This document shows, in pieces, positions 28,260 to 41,238 of a stretch of 64,000 bases of DNA. Positions within the stretch are counted from its first letter, which is position 1; each line of letters begins with the position of its first letter. The DNA lies in the NCBI RefSeq assembly GCF_009914755.1, contig NC_060947.1. One strand, given 5' to 3'. A program made the translations under genes and the position numbers. The notes below the pieces were generated by a model. It was not told where the DNA came from. It saw only the letters and a program-made list of their open reading frames with translations, and did not search any database. Source of the DNA: the human T2T-CHM13v2.0 reference genome, Homo sapiens.

Positions 28260-31200
28260 TGATGGGAGGTGGGGCACAAGCAGGGGAAGCACTACATTGG
28301 AGTTTCTATTACATTTGTCTCTATCACAGCTTTGCCTTGAGCCAGTCCCTGGCTCTGTGAGCCTGTAGGAGCCTGGCATGAAGGACCTCAGAATGCTGGC
28401 AGCTCCCATAGCACACATGAAAGTAAAGGAAACCTTGATGTTCCTTGACTGATGTGGTCCAGGGGCTTTCCCAGGGTTGGTCCTGCCCAGCCCCATGCCC
28501 ATGCTCATATGAGCACAGTTCCTGTGGGTTGGGCAGACCAGAAGATAATCCATCTGAAAGATGGCATCTTCCTTTCTTTCTTCTCTGGGGCAGTGCCAGT
28601 AAGAGCCACCATTCCCTACTCACATGTATTTGCTCCAGCACCAAGGAGCACACTGCCCTCTCCTCCCACCAGCGCCTACACATGGGCCTTGTACACCCCC
28701 AAACATGCACCTCCAGTCACAGTTTTCCCTCTGAGCAGTGGGGTGGGAGTGAAGGCATAAGAAATTGGGTAGGGGGTTGTGTGGAGAACCCCATATTCTC
28801 TTAGCTATATTTTCCCACTCTTCCTCTCTCTTCCTTCCTCCCAAATTATGGCTGGAACACAGGTAGGGACTTCCAAGGGGGCTGTGTGGGTGGGGTTAGG
28901 TGCAGAAGAAAAAGTAGTCAAAGAGAGTAGTTCTTAATGATCAATGGATCCCAGAGCCTTTGGGAAATTTGATAAAATAGTTTTGGGCTTTCTTCCTAGA
29001 AAAACAATGCCCTTGGGATGGACCCACAGTTATTCCTGCAGTTTTAGGAGTGTTTGTAACCTCCTGAGGAGCAGTCCTTGGGGCCCACTTTAAGAAACTC
29101 TGGATTACAGGAAGTGGCAACCTATCTGTCCCTCTTCCCCTTCAGATGGGAGAAAGCCTCCTTTCTCTCTAACTCACAAAGCATCCCCTCTATCCTCTTG
29201 AATGACCAAGATTACTTCTTATTTTTATATTCAAAGACAATAGCCAGATAGTAAAGCTGTAGCACTAGCTATTAACCTAGAACTTAATCACCAAAGAATG
29301 ATTCTCTTAGTTTCACATTTGATCTCATTGATTTGTGCTTCCAGTCCCTAGCCATTTGGGCTGTTTGTGGGGGTTGATTTTTCTGGATATCATTATGTCT
29401 ACAGAGAGAGTGTGATACTAGGGTATCTTGGGTGACTGCAGATTTATGCAAAGTGAGATATAGGGAGTAAAGGGTGAAAAGGGTGCCACACGCTTGAACT
29501 TGGTTGCAGCACCAAGGGAACTTTAAAAACTTACATGAATATTGGGCTTGGAAGGTTTGGTGGGGTGTCTGAATCCCTGTTAATTTTTATTTACCCCAAA
29601 AAGTAAATAAAAATTATTTATATAGTACAGCCCAAGATCAAAACGCATCTTGCATCATTTTATGATGTTACTTACTTTGTACTTTTAAACTGCTCAATCT
29701 CAGACTCTCTCAACCAACAAAATTATTTTGATTATTTTATTAGGCAAAAAAAAATTGACTTGGCCATCCTCCTCTATCTCATCTGTCAGTCTGGTAAGCG
29801 TTTTTTCTGGGAGATCCCAAGGACTGTGGCTAAGTCAACTTGATTTGCACTTATTTTTTCCCACTGCCATGTCCAAATCATTCAGCACTGTCGTCCTAGA
29901 CATGAGGCTGCCGCTCAGGCCCAGACTCCCAAATAGTTGTATGCAAGTAACCCCAGCTGCTGAGGCTGGGAGGTACTTCTGAAGGTAACAGAAGAATCCA
30001 TCTTCCTGCAGATTTATTGAATACGGTGTCAGCTTCCTTCCCATCTATTTCCAACATATGCAGACTTCTGTGCTCTGGTGACTCTAAAGGATAAACAAAG
30101 ACTGTGGTCAAGTTGAGGGGAGCAGTTAAATATTGTGATGCCCTGAAATGCTTGAAACATATTTCCTGCATCTTAGGGTACTGACCTCAGATCCTAGAGC
30201 TAGATAAAATGCAATGGGATCTGTTTTATAGAGTGGTACAGTAAATAAAACCATTTCAGGACAAAAGTGAAAACCATACCATCCTATATCTCATTCAGCT
30301 ATGCAATTTTCCTTTTAAAATTTTTTATTTTTATTTTTTACTTTTTAAATTATTAGGGTATTTCTACATTTCAAAACTCAAAAAGTACAAAAGACATTCA
30401 GGGAAAAACCTCCTTCCTATGTCTGTTCCCACCCAAGTTCCCTTACCAGAGGCAAGCACTATTATTAGTTCCTTCTATATCCTTCCATTGATAGTCTATG
30501 TATTTTTCTGTTTTATTACCTCCTCTCAAAGTTTGGATTGGGATTTTTGGGCAGCATTTCTAGTTTGTTTCTGCTAGAAGTGTTTGTGCTTCACTTGTAA
30601 TAATAGGTCACAGGACAGGTCACAGCCTGCTCTGCAAGACTTAGCATCTCATGTACTGCATTTTAAGCATTTTTATTCCATCCCACAAGAACTAATGCTT
30701 TGCATCCTTCTCTAATCTCTGTGAGGGACCCCAAGACGAGTAAAGCCTTTATCACTGCCCTAAGGATCTTCTTTGTTAGTTGGGGAGACAAGACTACCCA
30801 TCTGAAACAAATGACAGGAGCAGATGGAGTGCATTGCTGATTCATGGGACTGGTTTTTTGAAAACTTTAAATGCCAGGAGGAAGTTTGGCTTTGATACTG
30901 TTGGTCTTTTAACCTGGTGGTTAAATGTTTTTGGAGTCAGAGTAAATCTTGGCTCCAATGCCAGCTCTGGTGCTTAATCAATTCTCTTAAGCTCTCTGAG
31001 CCCCAGTTTCTTCCTCTGTGATATATAAGAGTATCATTTACTACCATGGATTGGAGGAGATGATGAAGATGCAGCACCTGGCATGAAATGGGTGCTCAAT
31101 AAGTGGGTTGATTGTGCTTTTTGCCGGAGAAACTACATGAAATTTGGGGCCATTAGGACACCATGCATGCATGTGCATTTGTGTCCATTTGTGTGTGGGT

Positions 31201-32369
31201 GAGGGGAGGAGGGGTATTGACAATTAAGTCTATGAGCTCTAAGGCACATGAGCAAGACAGAGGCAGGGAGAAGGAACAGATGGAAACTCTGCTGATGCAT
31301 GGTAGCTGATGCTGAATCCATGGGGCTGAGCTTCCCAGTTGATTGCTAAGGCAGGAATGGGATGGGGTATCTTTAACAGCTTCTGAGCATGATCATGACA
31401 TGCCAAAAGTAATGTCTGAAAGGATTCATCTGGGAGTGGTGTGGAGGCTGATATGCTAAGAAGCAGAAATAGAGGCAGGGAGTCCAGTAAGGACTGTCAT
31501 CAAGGTGATAGATTCTCAAAACTGATGCTTTGTTGGGTATGAAGGAAATGGATGAGTTAAAGGTGACCATAGAGTTTCCAGCCAGAGGAAATGGATCTAT
31601 GACACTGCCTTTAAGAGAAAGAACAAGAGAGGGGAGCTCAGTTTGGAGGGGAAAGAAAGGGCAGTATGTGTCCTGGGGACAGCAAGGCAACTAAATGAAA
31701 CACAACACTCCACTGGAGCAGGTAGCTTGAGACTGATCCCTGCAAATAGAAGGAATGCAACTGGAAAGGTTTCATATCTTAGGGGGATCCTAAGATTGGC
31801 CAGCTCCCCAATTTCCTTATCCCTCTAGCATTCTCAACAGAAGAAATCTGCCTTAAAGGAGAGAGGGAGAAGCAGAATGTGACTATGTTGACTTGAGATT
31901 AGGGACTGTCTAGATTGCCATGGTGACCAGGACAAGAAACGTGATGCTTTTACCATCAAGCATATCTTCCAGCTGTATTCCGTTATACTTCCTGCTAACG
32001 AAGGTTCTGAGCAGCTCTGTTTGCCCCGTAGTCTGAATTGAGCAAGGAATAGACCTGGGGCTGCACCCTGACAGGCTGTGGAGATAGATTCGAAGGCCTC
32101 AGCTACTCCGCACTGCACTAACCCTGAGGTCTGTCCCATGATTGCATCATCTCAGATCTGCCTGGTCACTGAAGCCTAGACTGGGTGACAAAGTGATAAC
32201 CTTTGTGATACCAACTTTTCAAGTGCTCATTATTCTGGGTACATTCCTAACTCCCCTGTCCTGGTGGCCTCTTCTCTTGTGCTTGTTGCCTAGAAGATGA
32301 TGTAGGCAAAACTGCTCAGAGGACAACATAGAGAGCTCATTACTGGAGCATGACATTCAGATAAAAAAG

Positions 32370-32635
32370 ACTACATATTTTCCAGAATAGGCAAATTCAT
32401 AGAGATGGAAAGCAGATTAGTGGTTGCCCGGGTCCAGGAGAGGAAGAAATGAAGAGTGACAGCTAATAGGTACAGGCTTTTCTTTTGGGGTGATGAAAAC
32501 ATTCTGAAATTGGATAGTGATGGTGGTGGTTGGCCAACACTGTGAATATACAAAAAATAAATAAATTATGCACTTTAAAGGAGTGAATTTTATATGTGAA
32601 TTATAGCTCAATAAAGCTGTTATATAAAAAAAAAA
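32370..32635 (+). mobile_element. L1MB-type 3' end
   Basis: gtacaggcttttcttttggggtgatgaaaacattct...ctcaataaagctgtt followed by an A-tail. Confidence 0.8.
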
Positions 32636-33115
32636 TCAGGTAGATTTCTGCATCTGTGTCTCATACAAAGCCCTTAAATATGTATACACACTGGAGGTAG
32701 CTGCATTTTCACTGTCAAATTGCTCTTAAGAGTTGATATTACTATATTGATATTTAGCAATAGCTTTTAAGTTTTCTAAATCCTCTTTTGCTCAAACTAA
32801 GAAAGCCTGAGATGGGGTAAAGGAATGTGGATGGAGGGCTATTTTCTCTAATGAGGAGGCTATAGGGTGAAAAAAAGAAGGTTTCAACCAAATCTACCAA
32901 AACAAAACCAAAAGCCCAACAAACTCCATGAAAGTGGTTGGTACACACATTTCAGAGAACCTAGGGTTTTTCGTTGGCCTTGGCAGTAATTCTGAGGAGC
33001 ATTGACATAAGGACGAACTGTGTTCCCCTTATTTTCCTGAGATTCTAGGCATAAGCATGTCTTTCCTTAACATCTGGCAGACATTTAATTCACCTCCCCA
33101 TTTTGAATGAGCTAT

Positions 33116-34776
33116 TGTGTCCAGAATTGGTGGGTTCTTGGTCTCACTGACTTCAAGAATGAAGCCGCGGACCCTAGCGGTGAGTGTTACAGCTCTTAAG
33201 GTGGTGCGTCTGGAGTCTGTCCCTTCTGATGTTCAGATGTGTTCGGAGTTTCTTCCTATTGGTGGGTTCCTGGTCTCGCTGGCTCAGGAGTGAAGCTGCA
33301 GACCTTCGCAGTGAGTGTTACAGCTCTTAAGGTAGCGCGTCTGGAGTTCTTCATTCCTCCTGGTGGGCTCATGGTCTTGCTGGGCTCAGGAGTGAAGCTG
33401 CAGATCTTCGCAGCGAGTGTTACAGCTCATAAAAGCAGCATGGACCCAAAGACTGAGCAGTAGCAAGATTTATTGCAAACAGCGAAAGAACAAAGCTTCC
33501 ACAGTGTGGAAGGGGACTGGAGGGGGTTGCCACTGCTAGCTCAGGCAGCCTGCTTTTATTCTCTTATCTGGCCCCACCCACATCCTGCTGATTGGTAGAG
33601 CCGAGTGGCCTGTTTTGTCACGGCGCTGATTGGTGCATTTACAATTCCTGAGCTAGATACAAAGGTTCTCCACATCCCCATCAGATTAGTTAGATACAGA
33701 GTTTCCACACACAGGTTCTCCACGGACCCACCAGAGCAGCTAGATACAGAGTGTCAATTGGTGCATTCACAAACCTTGAGCTAAACACAGGGTGCTGATT
33801 GGTGTGTTTACAAACCTTGAGCTAGATACAGAGTGCCGACTGGTGTATTTACAATCCCTGAGCTAGACATAAAGGTTCTCCACGTCCCCAACAGAGCAGC
33901 TAGCTACAGAGTGTCGATTGGTGCACTCACAAACCTTGAGCTAAACACAGGGTGCTGATTGGTGTATTTACAATCCCTGAGCTAGACATAAAGGTTCTCC
34001 AAGGCCCCACCAGAGCAGCTAGATACAGAGTGTCCATTGGTGCACTCACAAACCTTGAGCTAGGCACAGGGTGCTGATTGGTGTGTTTACAATCCCTGAG
34101 CTAGATATACTCTCCACATCCCCACCAGACTCAGGAGCCCAGCTGGCTTCACCTAGTGGATCCCGCACCAGGGCTGCAAGTGGAGCTGCCTGCCAGTCCT
34201 GCGCGGTGCGCTCGCATTCCTCAGCCCTTGGGTGGTCGATGGGACTGGGCGCTGCGGAGCAGGGGGTGGTGCTCATTGGGGAGGATCGGGCGGCACAGGA
34301 ACTCAAGGAGTGGGTGGGAGGCTCAGGCATGGCGGGCTGCAGGTCCCGAGCCCTGCCTCGCGGGAAGGCAGCTAAGGCTCAGTGAGAAATCGAGGGCAGC
34401 GCCAGTGGGCTGGCACTGCTGGGGGACCCAGTACACCCTCCACAGCCACTGGCCCGGGTCCTAAGTCCCTCATTGCCCGGGGCCGGCAGGGCCGGCCAGC
34501 TGCTCCGAGCGCGGGGCCTGCCCAGCCCACGCCCACGGGGAACTCCAGCTGGCCCGCAAGTGCTGCGTGCAGCCCCACGTCCTGCTGGCACCTCTCCCTC
34601 CACACCTCCTTGCAAGCTGAGGGAGCCGGCTCCAGCCTTGGCCAGCCCAGAAACGGAATCCCACAGTGCAGTGGCGGGTTAAGGGATCCTCAAGTGCCGC
34701 CAAAGTGGGATCCCAGGCAGAGGAGGCGCGGAGAGTGAACGAAGGCTGTGAGGACTGCCAGCACGCTGTCACCTCA
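33116..34776 (-). mobile_element. LTR12C (ERV9 LTR), copy 1
   Basis: Ends tgtgtccagaattggtgggttcttggtctcactgacttcaag and gcacgctgtcacctca are the reverse complement of the LTR12C termini. Contains an ATTGG (CCAAT) tandem array and a GC-rich U3 segment. Confidence 0.95.
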
Positions 34777-34831
34777 GTGGCGCACACCTGTGGTCACAGC
34801 TACTTGGGAGGTTGAGGTGGGAAGATCATTT
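34777..34831 (+). mobile_element. 55-bp internal Alu (AluJ-like right arm) fragment between the two LTR12C copies
   Basis: gtggcgcacacctgtggtcacagctacttgggaggttgaggtgggaagatcattt aligns by eye to the Alu right-arm start. No tail and no TSD. Confidence 0.85.
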
Positions 34832-37186
34832 TGTGACCAGAATTGGTGGGTTTTTGGTCTCACTGACTTCAAGAATGAAGCTACGGACCCTCGCGGGGAG
34901 TGTTACACCTCTTAAGGTGGCACATCTGGAGTCTGTCCCTTCTGATGTTCAGATGTGTTCAGAGTTTCTTCCTTCTGGTGGGTTCGCGGTCTCGCTGGCT
35001 CAGGAGGGAAGCTGCAGACCTTCACCGTGAGTGTTACAGCTCTTAAGGTGGCGCGTCTGGAGTCTGTCCCTTCTGATGTTCACATGTGTTCGGAGTTTCT
35101 TCCTTCTGGTGGGTTCTTGGTCTCACTGGCTCAGCAGTGAAGCTGCAGACCTTCATGGTGAGTGTTACAGCTCTTAAGGTAGTACGTCTGGAGTTGTTCA
35201 TTCCTCCTGGTGGGCTCGGGGTCTTGCTGGACTCAGGAGTGAAGCCGCAGATCTTCACGGTGAGTGTTACAGCTCATAAAAGCAGCATGGATACAAAGAG
35301 TGAGGAGTAGCAAGATTTATTGCAAAGAGCAAAAAAACAAAGCTTCCACAGTGTTGAAGGGGATCGGAGCAGGTTGCCACTGCTGGCTCGGGCAGCCTGC
35401 TTTTATTCTCTTATCTGGCCCCACCCACATCCTGCTGATTGGTAGAGCCGAGTGGCCTGTTTTGTCAGGGTGCTGATTGGTGCGTTTACAATCCCTGAGC
35501 TAGATACAAAGGTTCTCCACGTCCCCATCAGATTAGTTAGATACAGAGTTTCCACACACAGGTTCTCCACAGCCCCACCAGAGCAGCTAGATACAGAGTG
35601 TCAATTGGTGCATTCACAAACCTTGAGCTAAACACAGGGTGCTGATTGGTGTGTTTACAAACCTTGAGCTAGATACAGAGTGCCCATTGGTGTATTTACA
35701 ATCCCTGAGCTAGACATAAAGGTTCTCCACATCCCCACCAGAGCAGCTAGCTACAGAGTGTCGATTGGTGCACTCACAAACCTTGAGCTAAACACAGGGT
35801 GCTGATTGGTGTGTTTACAAACCTTGAGCTAGATACAGAGTGCCGATTGGTGTATTTACAATCCCTGAGTTAGACATAAAGGTTCTCCACGTCCCCACCA
35901 GAGCAGCTAGCTACAGAGTGTCGATTGGTGCACTCACAAACCTTGAGCTAAACACAGGGTGCTGATTGGTGTATTTACAATCCCTGAGCTAGACATAAAG
36001 GTTCTCCAAGGCCCCACCAGAGCAGCTAGATAGAGTGTCGATTGGTGCATTCACAAACTTTGAGCTAGGCACAGGGTGCTGATTGGTGTGTTTACAAACC
36101 TTGAGCTAGATACAGAGTGCCGATTGGTGTATTTACAATCCCTGAGCTAGACATAAAGGTTCTCCACGTCCCCACCAGAGCAGCTAGCTACAGAGTGTCG
36201 ATTGGTGCACTCACAAACCTTGAGCTAGGCACAGGGTGCTGATTGGTGTGTTTACAATCCCTGAGCTAGACATAAAGGTTCTCCAAGGCCCCACCAGAGC
36301 AGCTAGATACAGAGTGTCCATTGGTGCACTCACAAACCTTGAGCTAGGCACAGGGTGCTGATTGGTGTGTTTACAATCCCTGAGCTAGACATAAAGGTTC
36401 TCCAAGGCCCCACCAGAGCAGCTAGATACAGAGTGTCCATTGGTGCACTCACAAACCTTGACCTAGACACAGGGTGCTGATTGGTGTGTTTACAATCTCT
36501 GAGCTAGATATAAAGACTCTCCACGTCCCCACCAGACTCAGGAGCCCAGCTGGCTTCACCTAGTGGAACCCGCACCAGGGCTGCAGGTGGAGCTGCCTGC
36601 CAGTCCCACGCCATGCGCTTGCATTCCTCAGCCCTTGGGTGATCGATGGGACTGGGCGCCATGGAGCAGGGGGTGGTGCTCTTTGGGGAGGCTCGGGCCG
36701 CACAGGAGCCCATGGAGTGGGTGGGAGGCTGAGGCATGGCGGGCTGCAGGTCCAGAGCCCTGCCCCACGGGAAGGCAGCTAAGGCTCGGTGAGAAATCGA
36801 GCGCAGCGCCAGTGGGCTGGCACTGCTGGGGGACCCAGTACACCCTCCGCAGCCACTGGCCCGGGTGCTAAGTCTCTCATTGCCCGCGGCCAGCAGGGCT
36901 GGCCGGCTGCTCCGAGTGCAGGGCCCGCCAAACCCACGCCCACGGGGAACTCCAGCTGGCCCGCAAGCGCCGCAGGCAGCTCCGGTTCCTGCTCGCGCCT
37001 CTCCCTCCACACCTTCCTGCAAGCTGAGGGAGTGGGCTCCAGCCTTGGCCAGCCCAGAAAGGGGCTCCCACAGTGCAGCAGCAGGCCGAAGGGCTCCTCA
37101 AGTGCCGCCAAAGTGGGAGCCCAGGCAGAGGAGGTGCCGAGAGCGAGCGAGGGCTGTGAGGACTGCCAGCACGCTGTCACTTCTCA
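34832..37186 (-). mobile_element. LTR12C (ERV9 LTR), copy 2, with expanded tandem arrays
   Basis: Same termini as copy 1, a longer CCAAT array (35435-36510) and an extra ~131-bp U5-type repeat. Followed by TSD ctat. Confidence 0.95.
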
Positions 37187-39304
37187 CTATCAAGGGTGTT
37201 CTCAATATGCAATCCAGCACACATCTTCATGTACACTGTGGTGAATACGTCCCCTCAGAGCTAAATGAAATTCAGTTCAACAATTGTTTATCTAGTGCCT
37301 ACCATGCACAAGGCACCATAGAAGAACAAAACAGCTCTTCAGGCTCTCTTCTCCTCCTGGCTGTGTAATTGCTCTCCAGAGTGGGTGCCAAATTACTCCA
37401 GGGAAAGAGAAAGGTGTGATGAGCACACACCAAAATCAGGCTTCACTCCTGTCCAAGGTTAGCTCTGCTTCTGGGTCAGGCTGGGAGTCCTGAAACACTT
37501 CTGTGGGATAGTCATAGTGGGATAATAGTTCATAGCTGTGCTTGGACACTCTCATGAATTGATATTAATTTATACCCATGAGATGTGTCTGGCAAATCAT
37601 TTTGACACTGCTGTCAACACTGAGGGCTGTCTGCCTCATGAACCTAGAGAACTAATGCAGTGCTGTATTTGCAAAGCCGCCAGGCCCTAAACAGGGCTCT
37701 GCCACAAACTCAATGTGTGACCTTGGCTAAATCAGCCATCCCCCATTTCTAGTACATTCTCCTTTCTAAAATGAGGGAAAGGAGTGTGACTAATTTTTAT
37801 CAAAGGCTCTTTCCAGTTTGGCCATCTTATAGTTTATGTAACCATAGGTAAAGAAGTGTATCAACTTAAAAGAGCAGAGATAGGAGGAGGTTAATGCTGA
37901 GACCAGGATTGAGAATCAGTGGGATACTTCCCGAGGCCAAGAAAAAAGAGGTAGGAAGCAAGAAGGTATGGCCTGTTCAGTTTGAAGTTTATATGGGCTG
38001 ATTTCCATGGAGAAACAGGCGGGTGATCTCTTGGGTTTTGTGCTAGCCCTTGATAAAGAAGAAAGCCAGTGGAGATGGGAATTGTTTTAGTGACTGGTTA
38101 AGAACCTTTCTTAAGTTCATAATGATTACAATAACCCCAATGAGGCTGACCTTAGAAGTTGTCTGCGTTTAGGACTATTAAGAACGAAATGATTCCTTTG
38201 TCCCTCATCAAATGCCTCTTTTCCCAGCTTACTATTTACAAACCAAACCAAAAAAAAAAAAAAAACAACCCACACTCAACCAACAAATCTCAGTAATTAT
38301 ATTAACATTGATAGGGTATGCTTACTATGGGCCAGGCTCTGTGCTAAGAACTTTATTTCCTTCCAATATCTCATTTAATCCTCCCAACAACTCTGAGATA
38401 GGGACTATTACTGCCCTTTTTCTGCAGTTGAGGAAATTGAGGCACCAGTCTGTGCTCAGAGCGTTTGTGGAAACTAAGGGGGATACCAGAAAGTAGAGGC
38501 ATGGGACAGTACATTCCCTAAATCTGGAATAGTTCTATTAACAAAAATCATGTCAGTTACCCAGGATAAAGTCATTGAAAGGATTTGCAGGAGCCAAGGG
38601 AGAGCACAGATTGCTTGCTAGTGGAAACTTTTAATTTTCTAGCTTAAGGACAAATTTTCAGTTTTTAGACTGTCCCCTAAAAAACACAGCCATGACTTAT
38701 CTCACAATTTATGTAGTGTGCCTTTAACAGTTTTATCGTGTTTCCTACGATTACCATCTTTCACTCTCTGGAAAGCAGAGGGGTGGTATGTGACCTTCTG
38801 TCTCCGTACCTTCCTCAAATGCCCGGCTTTGCCTTCAACATGAAAAAAATGGACACCTTCCCTGGGGGAAGAGGACATCTATTTCCAAAAATGGAAGGAA
38901 GAATCTAACTCTGCACCCCCCGGCCTCCCGCCTCCACTGCCCTAGCCCTAGCCCCAAGCATGGTCACAGCAGATTGCTCATTCTTCAAACGTATCATGTT
39001 CTTTCCATCTCTGTGCCTTTGGACAGGCTGTTCTCAAAGCCTCTCAATCTCTTCCCTTCTCTGTCAAACAAATACGAATTCAGCCAAGATCCATCTTGTG
39101 AACCCCACTGCCCACGCACCCCATCCCCCGACTTCCAGAAGAGTGGATTTCTTTGCCTTTCCTCGGGCACCAAGGAGAGCATTCGGGTATGGCATGATAC
39201 AGTCAGTACATGCAGGGCAAACCAGCAATTAGGCTACTCTCTTCAACTGTGTATCCTCTCCAACACACACATATACCACATGTACACATCTTACAGAGTA
39301 CAAT

Positions 39305-39570
39305 AGAGTATTGCAGTTAAGTGAGTGAACTCGAGATCCGGACAACCTAGATTTAAGTCCCAGCTTTGTCACTAACTAAATGAATGACCCTTGAGAAAGT
39401 GCCTGAACCACTCTGTGACTCAGTCATCTCAACTGTAAAATGGAGATAATAATAAGACTCCTCTCAAAGAGTCATTTTAAGGACTAAATGAGATTAAATA
39501 TATGAAGTGCACAGCACAGTGTCTGACATATAGCAACTGCTCCATCAGTGGTACCCAGTATTATTATTGC
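39305..39570 (+). mobile_element. MIR
   Basis: ctcagtcatctcaactgtaaaatggagataataata...ctaaatgag MIR core. Confidence 0.75.
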
Positions 39571-41238
39571 ACAGAGCTTGGTGCATAGAGGATGGCAAAT
39601 ACATATTTGAGTGGGTATCTGAACACAGTAAGTCTTTAGGGGATTAACTTAGGGAGAGGTCAGGGACAGTTGGGCTACTCAAGGAAGCTGTTTTCTCCTG
39701 ACCTCATTACTCTCTCACTGCACCCTGTTTTTTCCTTCACTGCATTTATCACAATGTACAATTATTACATGTGTTTGATTACTTATTTGATGTTGATGTT
39801 TCCCAATAAACTAAGTTTCATGACGCCAGAGTCCATGTATGTTTTAACCACCACCATGTCTCCTGTACCTAGAACAGTGCCAGGAAGATGGTAGGTGCTC
39901 AATTAAAGAATTAAAAAATAAATGAAACTGAGTTAAAGAATAAATGAAAGAAGAATTCAGGAGTGATGTGGTGGATGTAGGTGTGGTGGATCCTTTTGAA
40001 ATACCTTGTGTTTTTCAAAATGGCCTGAACTGATGTGATGGATGTAGGTGGGCCTGAAGGATAAGTAAGAGTTGAGTTGGTAGGCAAGAAAGCTTCTAAA
40101 TGGAAGGGAATCCTGGGAAACTCCAGCACTTGGTGGTGGAAGATGCAGCGAACAGGGTGCAATAAGTAGATCCCTTGGTCTGGAAGAACAAGAGACTGTT
40201 TCTGTAGTGTAGTTTACATAGGGGAGTAGTGAGAAGACTGGTAGGGGGTTGTAGTGAATGGCTTTGAATGCCAGGCTATCAGGGATTCATTCTATTAGCT
40301 TAGGCTTTGGCCTCTATTAGCATGCAAATATTCCTGGGAAAAAATTATATATTCTCAGCCAAGTATAAGTGTGTATAAATTAGTTTACTTGCTCTTTGCC
40401 TTAGAAAAAAATTTGCCAGAGGGGAAAGCGATAGCAGGAGGCCACTGGAAAGAGAAAATAGTGCCCCGAGATAATCAAAAGCATATAAAGGGGAAGGGGA
40501 AGACAAACCTTACTTATCTCCAGGGTTGTGATGGTCCAGAACCTGAACCTCAAACTTTCTATAGTTTGTTTCATCACAAAATGACTCTTCTTTATTAAAA
40601 GTGCAGGCAAGGAATACGGGTGTTAAGGAGGTTTTTAATCACTGAATAAATCTGTTACCTGTTTATAGGTCTGATGAGTGTTTGAAATTTGTTTATCTTG
40701 ATTATCTAATTTATTATCTATGGTTTCCTGTGTCATTAAAAAAATCTTTGTAAACATCGTTTCTGATGGCTGCATGACATTCTATCATATGGTTGTCCCA
40801 TAATGTAACTATTCTCTTAATGGTTCTCCTCTAGTTATTCACAAGGCTGACATGAATAATATCTTTGTACCACAATCTTTATCTGTACTACCACTATTTC
40901 CTTAAGAAAAATTGCTAGACATGACATTTTTAGTACAAAAGACCCAAAATTTCTTAAGGTTCTTTCATCTTGCCAAACTGCCACCCAGAAAGGCCAGAGC
41001 AATTTTTCCTCCTCACCAGTACATGAAAGAGCTTTATAATGTTGAGGGTCATGATTTTTAAAACATCTTTGCTGCCAGGCACAGAAAGACAAATACCACA
41101 TGTTCTGACTTATGTGTGGAATCTAAAACAATCTAACTCATAAGAGGCAAGAATAGAATGGTGGTTACCAGAGGCTGGGGGTGGCGGTGGGGGTTGAGAA
41201 TGGGGAGATGTTTGTCAAAAGATACAAAGTTGCAGTTA

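Noticed and set aside
33585-36510. Regular repeat arrays superficially like CRISPR
   Set aside because: Eukaryotic ERV9 LTR enhancer repeats; no unique spacers and no cas genes.
34046-37368. Many overlapping 100-170 aa ORFs
   Set aside because: All lie in the GC-rich U3 of LTR12C and recur in both copies; not genes.
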